A stretch of DNA of 64,000 nt from a virus. Position numbers and translations under genes: made by a program. The notes below the pieces were generated by a model. It did not search any database, had not been told where the DNA came from, and was given only the letters and a program-made list of their open reading frames with translations. Below, piece after piece: positions 29,027 through 37,991 of the stretch. The stretch lies in the IMG/VR virus record IMGVR_UViG_3300023184_000036; one strand, given 5' to 3'. The stretch's first letter is position 1, and the number at the start of each line of letters is the position of its first letter.

Positions 29027-29793
29027 TGTCTTTCCTTAACAAAATTATAATATAATTCAGCAATGGCAACCTGACCATCAGGGTGCGTATGATATCCTGG
29101 ATCTGGTCCAGTTAATGGATGACTATTGCAAAAAGCACCCAACGCAAAATTTGGTGGTGCAAAATATTTTTCTAAAAATGGTTGTGGGAAATCTGCCGCC
29201 CAACCTTTACCATGAATATATGTATTCCAACCATTAAACAAAAATGGTATGTTTAAGTAATCTAATTTCCATAAACCACTATACAATACCCAATTATCTA
29301 CTTGACGTTTCCAATGTGCATCATAAAGAAATGCAGCATAACCTTCCATTGCCATGCGTGTATGTTTGTCTACTTTGGCAATGCGATAGTTATGGTCATA
29401 GTTCTCAATAACACTGAACATTGTTTCAGCAATCATATGATAAGGATGAGCATCACCATAGTTAAAGTTCTTTAACCCATCTTCCCAACGATAACCATTA
29501 CGGTTTTCTTCTTTTGCACTGTGGTTTGGACTACCATCTTCTATCTTAATAAACTTCTCAACTGGAAACTCTATGCGGTCTTCTGTAGTGCTTGCAATAA
29601 ACACCCAATCTGCTTTTTCTTTTATTGCTTCATCAATCTGTAATCGTATTACATTATTGCCAATACCTTGACGAGCATAGGTAATAAGTTCAGCACCAAG
29701 TTTGTTAGCAAGAATTTCACTCCAATGCGTTCCCATATATTCAGGAAGATTACTAACAGCACTAAACGAGCAACCACATACTGCTATTTTCAT
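29023..29793 (-). CDS. SGNH/GDSL-like hydrolase or acyltransferase
   Basis: GCSFS, GIGN, C-terminal YHTHPDGQ. Confidence 0.6.
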   Translation of the reverse strand: MKIAVCGCSFSAVSNLPEYMGTHWSEILANKLGAELITYARQGIGNNVIRLQIDEAIKEKADWVFIASTTEDRIEFPVEKFIKIEDGSPNHSAKEENRNGYRWEDGLKNFNYGDAHPYHMIAETMFSVIENYDHNYRIAKVDKHTRMAMEGYAAFLYDAHWKRQVDNWVLYSGLWKLDYLNIPFLFNGWNTYIHGKGWAADFPQPFLEKYFAPPNFALGAFCNSHPLTGPDPGYHTHPDGQVAIAELYYNFVKERQ

Positions 29794-30440
29794 AAATTTT
29801 CATTCCATACATAACTATAATCAGCAGGATAGTATTTTTTACCCCACAATTCTATTTCTTTTTTTAATTCTACAAACTTTAATAAACTTTTGTATTTTTG
29901 TATATCTATTTCATTAAACATATTATTAATTTCTATATCGTAATAAAGTTTTTCATAATTTAACAATATTTTATTTTTGTTATTTTTAGGATGATTATAA
30001 AAATCAAAGAAAAATTTAACTAGTAGTGGATTTTTTAAATGGGTTTCAAAGCTATGTTGATCTACAATTGTATGATGGTCATGATTTTTAAATAAACTTT
30101 CAACTCGTATATTTGAATACCATTCTTTAGAAAAAATTATTTTATAAATTTGGAAATTATATTTTTTTAGCAACTCGTAATGTTCATTTTGTAAATAAAA
30201 AAGATGATGCACAGCAGTATATTTGTCAGAAATTGTTGACAAGATAAATTCAAATTCTTTATAATCTACGTTTTCTTTTGATTCTTCAAAAGAATTTATA
30301 TGGCGTCTTAAATTTTTATTAAGACATATACTTTTAGATGTTAATTCAGTTTCCAGAAAAATATCATTATAATTTAAAAAATTACATAAAAAATCACCAC
30401 GACATCCACCAACATATTCAATTAAATATTTTTCACTCAT
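29790..30440 (-). CDS. AT-rich hypothetical, N-terminal GxxGxFL loop
   Basis: YVGGCRGDFL; LNYEKL C-terminal motif. Confidence 0.55.
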   Translation of the reverse strand: MSEKYLIEYVGGCRGDFLCNFLNYNDIFLETELTSKSICLNKNLRRHINSFEESKENVDYKEFEFILSTISDKYTAVHHLFYLQNEHYELLKKYNFQIYKIIFSKEWYSNIRVESLFKNHDHHTIVDQHSFETHLKNPLLVKFFFDFYNHPKNNKNKILLNYEKLYYDIEINNMFNEIDIQKYKSLLKFVELKKEIELWGKKYYPADYSYVWNENL

Positions 30441-31879
30441 TTGTAGTTGCTCTTTTCTTGAGTAAATGGATATTTTGCATCTTTATAAAACTGTTTACGT
30501 TTTGTAAGATGACGTTTTGCAAACTTACAATCTGCTGTTACATCCCAGATTTGAACAAAGTCTTTGTCTTCTGCTTTGCGGATTCCACGTCCGATACTTT
30601 GGATGACACGAACAAAACTTTTACCAGGTTCAATAAGCACAAGATTGAAAATGCGAGGGATATTAATACCAACGGCTGCAACGCCGTAAGTAGCCACGAT
30701 AATCTTGTCACTAACATCCGCAACTTCATCATAGTGTTCTTTACGATCTCCGACTTTCATATCGCCATGAACAAACACACTATTAGGCAATCGTGCAACA
30801 AGTTCATCACCACATTCACGGCGATCAACCAACACAAGTGTATTACCAGTTTTGATAATTTCATTTACCATACTTGCAAGATGATCCAATCGTTCACTGT
30901 TAGTGGTGAGATATTTAAGTTCAGCCTGATAGTTTTTGAAGTCACTGTATTCAACAGTTTGCACAATGTTAACATGACACGCACTTAACACACCACGTTC
31001 TTGTAATTCTGCTGCACTTAATTGATTAAGAACTTGACCAAATGATACAAGTAATGCGGCACGTTCAAATTGTTCTTTGGGAACTGTTCCTGTTAATCCC
31101 CAACGGATAGGAACATCAGCAAAGTGATCTGTAAGCAATGCTTTAAGAACTTCTGCTTTTGCTTGATGCACTTCATCAACAATGATAGCAACAACGTTTA
31201 GCATCGCTGTCCACTCATCACCATCTTTATTTTTCTTTAGTAGATTGTTTAGGCTTTGCCATGTGCAGATAGTATGTGTGCGACCAAGTTCTTTACGATC
31301 ACCAAAATAAACACCAACATTTAATCCAAGATTTATATAATCTGCTTCTGTTTGAGTAACAAGACTTTTGTTAGGCACAATAATAATCGTGCGACCATAC
31401 TTTTCAACACTATACGATAGTGCTGCTGTCATAATTGTTTTACCAGCACCAGTGGCTACTTCTTGTATACCTTGTGGATTTTGTAAGAACTCGTTGACAA
31501 TTTCAACTTGATAATCACGTAGAACTATTGGCTTGCCTTCTTGTGGATGAACTTTTGGCCAGTTCTTATTGCTAAATGTATTTTCATTTATTGCATCAAA
31601 CTCAAGTTGCTCACGTGATGCACGATGATCTTCAATTTCAAAATCCCAATTACGATCTTGCAACCATTCTATAATTTCTGGTAGTAGATTGATATAGGTT
31701 GAACCACCAAGTTGAAAATACGCAACCTTACCATCCCATCTACCTAACTTTACACTTGGTAGGTGACGAGCATACGGAACTTCATACTTAAATTTTGTAA
31801 CAAGTCTCCGACGAGTGTCAACGTCAAGACCTTCTAATTTACAATTGACTTCATCACGGATGATAATTTTACATAACAT
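30437..31879 (-). CDS. uvsW: UvsW-like SF2 helicase
   Basis: RDYQ, ATGAGKT, DEVH, TGT, QSIGRGIR. Confidence 0.9.
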   Translation of the reverse strand: MLCKIIIRDEVNCKLEGLDVDTRRRLVTKFKYEVPYARHLPSVKLGRWDGKVAYFQLGGSTYINLLPEIIEWLQDRNWDFEIEDHRASREQLEFDAINENTFSNKNWPKVHPQEGKPIVLRDYQVEIVNEFLQNPQGIQEVATGAGKTIMTAALSYSVEKYGRTIIIVPNKSLVTQTEADYINLGLNVGVYFGDRKELGRTHTICTWQSLNNLLKKNKDGDEWTAMLNVVAIIVDEVHQAKAEVLKALLTDHFADVPIRWGLTGTVPKEQFERAALLVSFGQVLNQLSAAELQERGVLSACHVNIVQTVEYSDFKNYQAELKYLTTNSERLDHLASMVNEIIKTGNTLVLVDRRECGDELVARLPNSVFVHGDMKVGDRKEHYDEVADVSDKIIVATYGVAAVGINIPRIFNLVLIEPGKSFVRVIQSIGRGIRKAEDKDFVQIWDVTADCKFAKRHLTKRKQFYKDAKYPFTQEKSNYK

Positions 31880-31915
31880 TAATGTTAATATAGTATATTA
31901 GAAAATATATTTCAA

Positions 31916-31942
31916 TAAAAAAGCAGCGATAAACGCTGCTTT
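31916..31942 (-). terminator. Rho-independent terminator (possibly bidirectional)
   Basis: AAAGCAGCG/CGCTGCTTT stem with T tracts on both strands. Confidence 0.8.
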
Positions 31943-32120
31943 ATTTTTTTGATTTTACTTCTGCAATTTTTTGTATGGTAACTTTACCGTCACCAAATCC
32001 ATATTGCAAATCGACCAGGCGTTTTGCACTCGCCTGATCGTTTGCATTTACTGTAAGTGAGAATTGCAGTGTTGGTGTATGAGGTCTTGTCACTACACCT
32101 TTTATATCATACTGCTTCAA
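31941..32120 (-). CDS. Small hypothetical protein (59 aa)
   Basis: TTG at 32120 overlapping upstream TGA; AGGAG upstream. Confidence 0.55.
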   Translation of the reverse strand: MKQYDIKGVVTRPHTPTLQFSLTVNANDQASAKRLVDLQYGFGDGKVTIQKIAEVKSKK

Positions 32121-33136
32121 CGACCACCACTCCTCATCACTGTAATCTCTGCAACACGTTGCCAACGAGAACCAACACTCTTACGAAGATCTGCCAACTT
32201 AAGTGCGGTGCGAAGTGACATTTCACGGAACCGCTTGGCATTATCCTTCATAAACTGCAGAATTTCGTCCTGTTGCTCATCGGTAAAATCATAATCACGG
32301 AACAATTCACCGCTGTTTGCAATTTGCCGAATACGAAGATATTTATCGTGTTCAGTGTCAAGCGTCAAGTCAATGTAATGGCAACGTGATTGCAATGCTT
32401 CAAGATGGTCTTGCAGTTTCTTGCTACGGATATTCTCAAACTTCAAGTTAGTAATGAAGATAACACCACCCTTGAAGTCAAACTTGTTTGGAATACCTTG
32501 CTTGTTCAAAAGTGAACTGTCAGCGTTCCAGTGAATTGTGCGGCGTTTACCGCTATCAAGTGCAGCCTTGAGAATGTTAAGTGCCAATTCATCCATCAAC
32601 ACGCTATCGCAATCGTCAAACACAAGAACAGAACCGCTTTCGCTGAACTCATAAAGTTTAGCATACAGACCAAGTGCGGTCATAGCACCCTTGACAACTT
32701 GATACTTTACACGGCCAGCAACTTCATCAAGAACACTAACTTGGTCAAGACGCTTATGAACACCATAGGACTTACCAACGCCAGGTGGACCAACAACGAT
32801 CATAGCACGAACGTCACCTTCCTTGACAGCAGTTGTCATATCTTCAAGAATAGAGAAACGTTCAGCAATACGTTCAATAATCTGCTCGTCAGTTTCCTTG
32901 ACTTTTGGTTGAACTGCTGTTTCGGTCATGGTAGGTGCTTCCTGATCTGTATATTCAATCATATGCTCACCGTCAAGTTGAATACGGCAACGTTTGCGGT
33001 TGAAAGGAATTGAACCATCCACTGAAATATACCCACTACGACCAACCTTGGTAAATGGGGTCAGTAGCGGAAATACGGTGTTTTCAACAGGCATACCGTT
33101 AAAAGTACCAGACTTAACGAGGACTGAGTTAGACAT
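32117..33136 (-). CDS. AAA+-type ATPase
   Basis: GPPGVGKS Walker A, LVFDDCD Walker B, FITN sensor, ALQSR. Confidence 0.85.
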   Translation of the reverse strand: MSNSVLVKSGTFNGMPVENTVFPLLTPFTKVGRSGYISVDGSIPFNRKRCRIQLDGEHMIEYTDQEAPTMTETAVQPKVKETDEQIIERIAERFSILEDMTTAVKEGDVRAMIVVGPPGVGKSYGVHKRLDQVSVLDEVAGRVKYQVVKGAMTALGLYAKLYEFSESGSVLVFDDCDSVLMDELALNILKAALDSGKRRTIHWNADSSLLNKQGIPNKFDFKGGVIFITNLKFENIRSKKLQDHLEALQSRCHYIDLTLDTEHDKYLRIRQIANSGELFRDYDFTDEQQDEILQFMKDNAKRFREMSLRTALKLADLRKSVGSRWQRVAEITVMRSGGR

Positions 33137-33166
33137 CTGTTTTCTCCATCAACAGGTTATATTGTG

Positions 33167-33194
33167 ATAATATCATAAAATTGGGGGTTGTCAA
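33167..33194 (-). promoter_or_regulatory. Sigma70-type early promoter 1
   Basis: TTGACA-N16-TATTAT with TGn. Confidence 0.75.
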
Positions 33195-33202
33195 GCACTT
33201 TT

Positions 33203-33529
33203 TTAAAGTGCGCCCGTCCAACGAATGCGGTCAAAAGTGCCGTCAATAACGTTACCACGGGCAAAGTTTTTGGCTGGTGCTTTCCAAGATGCGGCTTTAA
33301 GGATATCACCCATGCGGAATTTGCCAATATTGCCCTTGGCAATAAAGCAGTGGACGCTGTTACGTGATACAATCTTGATAAATTTGCTACCTTCTTCAAT
33401 GCGAAAACTATCATTATATTCTTGGATCATAGCCGCTACGTGTAGTAAATGGGCTTGATGTCCAGCCCAAGCCAAATAGTCAGCCTTGGCTTTTTCAATC
33501 AGTTGGATAATGCCAGTTTCAAAGTCCAT
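33203..33529 (-). CDS. Phage hypothetical early protein
   Basis: GGAG RBS before ATG 33529; GDILKAASWKAPAKNFARGN motif. Confidence 0.75.
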   Translation of the reverse strand: MDFETGIIQLIEKAKADYLAWAGHQAHLLHVAAMIQEYNDSFRIEEGSKFIKIVSRNSVHCFIAKGNIGKFRMGDILKAASWKAPAKNFARGNVIDGTFDRIRWTGAL

Positions 33530-33560
33530 TGCAGTTCTCCGTTGCAATTTCTATATTACC

Positions 33561-33588
33561 AATATAACACAGATTTAAGGGTTGTCAA
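33561..33588 (-). promoter_or_regulatory. Sigma70-type early promoter 2
   Basis: TTGACA-N16-TATATT with TGn. Confidence 0.75.
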
Positions 33589-33776
33589 GCATTATTTGCA
33601 ACAACCATGGCGTCATCATACCGCTCGTAAGCCATTGAAATTTCATCATAATTTGGCTCTGGCTGTGGGTCATTTTGGTGGATACGGGTCCATTCTTCCG
33701 CCAAAAATTGCTGAATTTCAGGGGAATTTGTATCGATTTGGGTGTCAAAATCTTGACGTTTTTCAAAACGGGTCAT
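33585..33776 (-). CDS. Small acidic hypothetical early protein
   Basis: GAGGAG RBS, own promoter. Confidence 0.65.
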   Translation of the reverse strand: MTRFEKRQDFDTQIDTNSPEIQQFLAEEWTRIHQNDPQPEPNYDEISMAYERYDDAMVVANNA

Positions 33777-33801
33777 GTGTAACTCCTCTGCTTATATGTT
33801 C

Positions 33802-33829
33802 ATAATAGCATAAATTAGGATTATGTCAA
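33802..33829 (-). promoter_or_regulatory. Sigma70-type early promoter 3
   Basis: TTGACA-N16-TATTAT with TGn. Confidence 0.75.
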
Positions 33830-33861
33830 GTATATTTTTATAAATATTATTGGAGATAGAT

Positions 33862-34191
33862 ATGGCTATAAAATTACTATTTGACTTTACTAAGTCACAT
33901 TCAACAGAAACTTCTGAAATATATCACTTAATGGATCAAATGGATATTTTTGACCAAAATTTTTTAGATAATGGTATAATTCACTCTATCCAAAGTTCAT
34001 CCGATATAACTGGTGAAAACATACATGAACAAACCTATTATATTTTTGATTCACTAGCTAATTTTCAAAACTTTCTTGAATCTAAAAATAGTTCAGAAAT
34101 TGAGAATTTATGGAAATCTGTTTATGATGCTAGATTCAAAAAAGGGTTTTTAATGAAATTCTCTATCGATTATAATTATGTAATTGAATAA
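33862..34191 (+). CDS. AT-rich hypothetical protein
   Basis: TATAAATA at 33839-33846 and GGAG RBS before ATG 33862. Confidence 0.65.
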   Translation: MAIKLLFDFTKSHSTETSEIYHLMDQMDIFDQNFLDNGIIHSIQSSSDITGENIHEQTYYIFDSLANFQNFLESKNSSEIENLWKSVYDARFKKGFLMKFSIDYNYVIE

Positions 34192-34892
34192 TTGCTTCTA
34201 GCATAACGTTCACGATAATGACGTTCACCTGGTTCTAAACTACGAGCCAACTCTACATAATCTGGACCCTTACTATGCAACCAAGCCTCGTGGTCAAAAC
34301 GCCAATGAGGATTAGTTGGATGACGGGTAAACTGTGTAAAGTTATGATTTAATCTATCTTCTGGATGTGCAATAGGTTCTAACTTAGCAACATAATCACT
34401 CTTTGCCCACCAGAAATTACCAGCAAAGTGTGGCCATGGGGCAGTATTGTAATTTGTTCCAACAGCTTCTGCACCTTCACCAAGTGCTTCAACATTATCA
34501 CGCCACTTCTCAATCGTTGCCCAATTCATAAAGTCACGCCAATCACCAACGTTTGGATCACCATAACGTAACAAACCTTTAAGATGAATATAACAAATAT
34601 GATAAGGTTGACTTGCTTCACGTGCTTGTTGTAACATATACATCAATGTTGGCCATTCATGATAAGCAGCATCTTTGTTGACGCTTGCAAGTTTAAGTTT
34701 GCCTGTTGAGTCATTAATATTCTTTGTTGACAACCAATTAGTAAAGGTCCAAGGTTGACCATTCATACAGATATGGATTTCACTGGCTGCATCCCATAAT
34801 CCAGATTTTTCAATTAAGTCCCATTGTTGGTCCATTACTTGGTTCCAACCGCCTAGTTCATTTACATGCCAGAAAATCTTGATCGGTGTCAT
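34176..34892 (-). CDS. Putative glycosyltransferase-like protein (GT-A-type, YxHxKG family)
   Basis: EWPTL, YIHLKG, WR..M, HFAGNFWWA, R...E.W motifs; adjacent to the sugar cluster. Confidence 0.55.
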   Translation of the reverse strand: MTPIKIFWHVNELGGWNQVMDQQWDLIEKSGLWDAASEIHICMNGQPWTFTNWLSTKNINDSTGKLKLASVNKDAAYHEWPTLMYMLQQAREASQPYHICYIHLKGLLRYGDPNVGDWRDFMNWATIEKWRDNVEALGEGAEAVGTNYNTAPWPHFAGNFWWAKSDYVAKLEPIAHPEDRLNHNFTQFTRHPTNPHWRFDHEAWLHSKGPDYVELARSLEPGERHYRERYARSNYSIT

Positions 34893-34911
34893 TTTATTAC
34901 CTTGTTGATGT

Positions 34912-34985
34912 TGGTGGAGAATATCAGAGTCGAACTGATGAATCCGCCTTGCAAAGGCGGCGGTTTTCCACTAGCCTAATTCCCC
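34912..34985 (-). tRNA. tRNA-Ala(UGC)
   Basis: GGGGAAT/ATTCTCC acceptor with G3:U70, CCGCC-TTTGCAA-GGCGG anticodon arm, TTCGACT T loop, A73, encoded CCA; TTGACA-N17-TATATT upstream. Confidence 0.93.
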
Positions 34986-35024
34986 ACTAGATAATAATAT
35001 ATATCCAGACATAATACATGTCAA

Positions 35025-35200
35025 GAAAAAACCCCTGCGTGGCCCATTTTAGTTACACCAGAGGCAGAGGTTTTAATAGTAGCCATCATCGGAATGATAA
35101 GACCAACCCAACGAATTGAATTGGGGGGTTAAGCTAGTTATAAGATCAGTAAAAAACGTATTCCGTTAGTTGCACACACTCGTCAGAGGAGTGGTTATAG
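35025..35200 (-). ncRNA. Candidate structured non-coding RNA
   Basis: ORF-free, relatively GC-rich, five predicted stems with G-U pairs favouring the minus strand, ending in an 11-bp stem plus U tract. Confidence 0.4.
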
Positions 35201-35223
35201 AATAAATTTATAAACTGATAATA

Positions 35224-35415
35224 TTATTTAACACTTTTTATTACGTCAATCAATAAACTTTTAAATTCTTCTTTTGCTGGTAAAAAAACTTGTTCACGAA
35301 TTTGATTACGATGTCTATAATTACTATACTTTTCTTCTTCCCACATATCATCTTGGGCATCAATCATCTTTTCCATAGCAATCAACATTTTTTCTAATAG
35401 TTCGTCTGTTGTCAT
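35224..35415 (-). CDS. Small hypothetical protein
   Basis: GAGGA RBS; 63 aa. Confidence 0.7.
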   Translation of the reverse strand: MTTDELLEKMLIAMEKMIDAQDDMWEEEKYSNYRHRNQIREQVFLPAKEEFKSLLIDVIKSVK

Positions 35416-35422
35416 TTTATCC

Positions 35423-36154
35423 TCATAATGATAAGAAACTTTGTGAACGGTCTATCCATTCTAATACTAAATCTTTTTCGTCAAAATTATCAATAGCACT
35501 TAATTTAGCATCTAAACAATATGGCAATCTACCTGTATCTTTCAATTCATATAAACTTCTATACACACGTGGTTCATCAGTAGTTTTATAAACAGCAGCA
35601 CGTAACCAACGATTTTGTTTATCAAACTGAAAATGTGCATTACGACAATCAAAACCAGCACTTGCTAATTGAACAATAAGACTGCTCATTGTATAAACAT
35701 GATACATTCCATTTACCATATTAACGTTTACAGTATTGTGTTGTATATGTTGACTTATAGAAAGTGAATATGGAATTTCAACTATTAATAATCCATCTTT
35801 TTGTAACAACTTATGCCAATGAAATAATGTAGCAACAGGATTTAAAGCATGATGCAATGCGTTGTGACACCAAATAAGGTCTTGCGAAGGTAACTCTATA
35901 GTAGAGAAATCTTCAAATATCCACTTCATTCCTTGAACAGTTTGTATGTTATGCGGTGGTGCTACTTCCACAGCAGTAACATTAAAATTATACTTTTGCC
36001 CATCTGGACTTACAAGCGATGCCCACCATACAGCATCATAACCCATACCAGCCCCCATAACACAAATATTATCTAATCCCATAAGATAATCATCTAACAT
36101 AGACAAATAATTTAGTGTTACAAGACTATGGGAATGGCTTTCTTGAGGTGTCAT
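35423..36154 (-). CDS. Class I SAM-dependent methyltransferase
   Basis: MGAGMG motif I, DLIWCHNALHH, LQKDGLLIV. Confidence 0.75.
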   Translation of the reverse strand: MTPQESHSHSLVTLNYLSMLDDYLMGLDNICVMGAGMGYDAVWWASLVSPDGQKYNFNVTAVEVAPPHNIQTVQGMKWIFEDFSTIELPSQDLIWCHNALHHALNPVATLFHWHKLLQKDGLLIVEIPYSLSISQHIQHNTVNVNMVNGMYHVYTMSSLIVQLASAGFDCRNAHFQFDKQNRWLRAAVYKTTDEPRVYRSLYELKDTGRLPYCLDAKLSAIDNFDEKDLVLEWIDRSQSFLSL

Positions 36155-36206
36155 TGGGTGTCCGTTAAATATTGCTATAGATTATATAGTAGGATATTAT
36201 TAGGGT

Positions 36207-37004
36207 ATGAAAATTTTAATCACGGGCAGCAACGGATTTATTGGTAGTTATTTGTGCAAGTATTATGCCGAATATGGTCATCAAGTTATACAATTACATC
36301 GTGGAGTCTGTGATTTAGAAGATAGTGAGAGTGTTAGAAATTTCTTTACTGCAAATCCATGCAATACTGTAATTCACACAGCACTATGGGGTCGTGAATT
36401 AGTTCGCAGTGATAATCCAGAAGTATATGACCGCAACTGGAAAATTTGGCAAAATCTATTAAGTAATCGTGACAAGTTTCAACAATTTATTAATATTGGA
36501 ACAGGTATGGAGTATGATGGTGGACGAGACATCAAATATGCTGATGAAGATGATGCCTTATATGTGGAGCCTACTGCTCCTTATGATAGGGTTAAAAACG
36601 ATATATCTCGTGCTATTCATAATCTACCATCTTTTTATACACTTCGTTTATTCGGAGTAGCACATTATACAGAAGGTAATCGTTTCTTTAATAGACTATT
36701 AAATGAACCAACATTTACAATTAATGAAGATCGTGAATATGATTATTTTAATTTAGAAGATCTACCAACCGTAATAGATTTAATTTTAGATAATAAAATA
36801 CAACATAAAGCAATAAATTGTGTTTATGAACAGAAATATAAATTAAGTCAACTTGCAAAATTATTCTGTGATATTAAAATGCTTGATTATAAAAAAGTGC
36901 AAGTATTAGAAACTAGTAATAAAAATTATACTGGAAGCAATGACAGATTAAAAAGTTATAATATGCCACTACTTGGTTTAGAATTAGCCATGCTTCGGTT
37001 TTAA
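36207..37004 (+). CDS. NAD-dependent NDP-sugar epimerase/reductase (extended SDR)
   Basis: ITGSNGFIG, YDRVK (YxxxK), LRLFGV. Confidence 0.85.
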   Translation: MKILITGSNGFIGSYLCKYYAEYGHQVIQLHRGVCDLEDSESVRNFFTANPCNTVIHTALWGRELVRSDNPEVYDRNWKIWQNLLSNRDKFQQFINIGTGMEYDGGRDIKYADEDDALYVEPTAPYDRVKNDISRAIHNLPSFYTLRLFGVAHYTEGNRFFNRLLNEPTFTINEDREYDYFNLEDLPTVIDLILDNKIQHKAINCVYEQKYKLSQLAKLFCDIKMLDYKKVQVLETSNKNYTGSNDRLKSYNMPLLGLELAMLRF

Positions 37005-37991
37005 TTTACCGTTTTCATCAAACAAGATTTCAGCAAAACGTTTTTTGCATGATTCACCATTCCATGCTTGTTGCATTTTAGCAACTTGATCAACACCAAT
37101 TTCAATTGCTTGCTTAAAACTTGTTTGTGGATATGGTGGAATATATTGGTGAATATGACGGAAGGCATGGTCACCACTGCACAACATAGGGCGACCAACC
37201 ATAAGTGCTTGGTCAGTAGCACTGCTAATACCAGTTGTATTACGAGCATAGAAGAACACGTTTAATGTATTCTGTGACAACCATTCTAACAACTCTTGGT
37301 CACTGAAATAGTTTTCAGTAAGTTGTATTTCAATGCCAGGTTTTGCAATAGGTAAACACTGTGTAGCAACTTCCATACGAGCATAACCGCCAACATCACC
37401 ATAGTAACTACCAGGTGCATAGTTCATTCTTATAATTGCACGATCAAATTCTTCATTAACTGCACGAACAAGATTACCAAGGTTTCTACCATGACCAGCA
37501 AGACCGTATGTTCCAATAACTGGTATTTCTTTTTCTACATATGGTTGAACCTTTGCAGTGCCAAGTGGACGTGGAAATGCATAGAAACGCTTGTCATGAA
37601 AATCAGCGGTTGGGTCTACCCAAAAATAAGCATCAAAATCATCAATGTTTACACCTTCTAAACCAGCATATGGATTGTTCGGAAAACCTTCAAAGTGAAA
37701 GCAGAACTTCATACCTGGCAAGTTCTTACAAATCATTTCACTGCGAACACCGCTTTGGTCACGCATGGTAGAGATATGATAGTTAAAGAAATAAGCATCA
37801 TATGGTTCTTTTTCTTCACCACGATGAATAACTTTACCGCTATTAAGTGCGGATATATCTAAATCATTTGTTTCAAAATAATCCATAGTATAATTTGCAC
37901 CGTCTTTAAGAACATTATGCAACATTCTACCAATAGTGCTCATACTGCAAGCACCACGATCTTTGTTTATAAGTGCAAATTTATAGGTCAT
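36984..37991 (-). CDS. GT-B-fold glycosyltransferase-like, paralog 1
   Basis: PVIGTYG, EEFDRAIIR, WLSQNTLNVFFY, DQAL..GRP, FRH. Confidence 0.65.
   Translation of the reverse strand: MTYKFALINKDRGACSMSTIGRMLHNVLKDGANYTMDYFETNDLDISALNSGKVIHRGEEKEPYDAYFFNYHISTMRDQSGVRSEMICKNLPGMKFCFHFEGFPNNPYAGLEGVNIDDFDAYFWVDPTADFHDKRFYAFPRPLGTAKVQPYVEKEIPVIGTYGLAGHGRNLGNLVRAVNEEFDRAIIRMNYAPGSYYGDVGGYARMEVATQCLPIAKPGIEIQLTENYFSDQELLEWLSQNTLNVFFYARNTTGISSATDQALMVGRPMLCSGDHAFRHIHQYIPPYPQTSFKQAIEIGVDQVAKMQQAWNGESCKKRFAEILFDENGKLKPKHG

Noticed and set aside
30338-30988. Many plus-strand and alternate-frame ORFs such as 30338..30988, 39276..39812, 42539..43039, 32531..33013
   Set aside because: Antisense or frame shadows of well-supported genes, with no RBS, no motifs and atypical composition
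33575-33766. Alternative 63-aa ORF overlapping 33585..33776
   Set aside because: The other frame has ATG with GAGGAG RBS right after the promoter; this one has no RBS
34912-34985. Reading the tRNA as Cys (GCA in the loop)
   Set aside because: The 7-nt loop UUUGCAA centres UGC at positions 34-36, and G3:U70 plus A73 are alanine identity elements
35160-35192. CUGACGA resembling a hammerhead ribozyme core
   Set aside because: No stem II followed by GAAA and no stem III/UH site; the sequence instead pairs in a local hairpin
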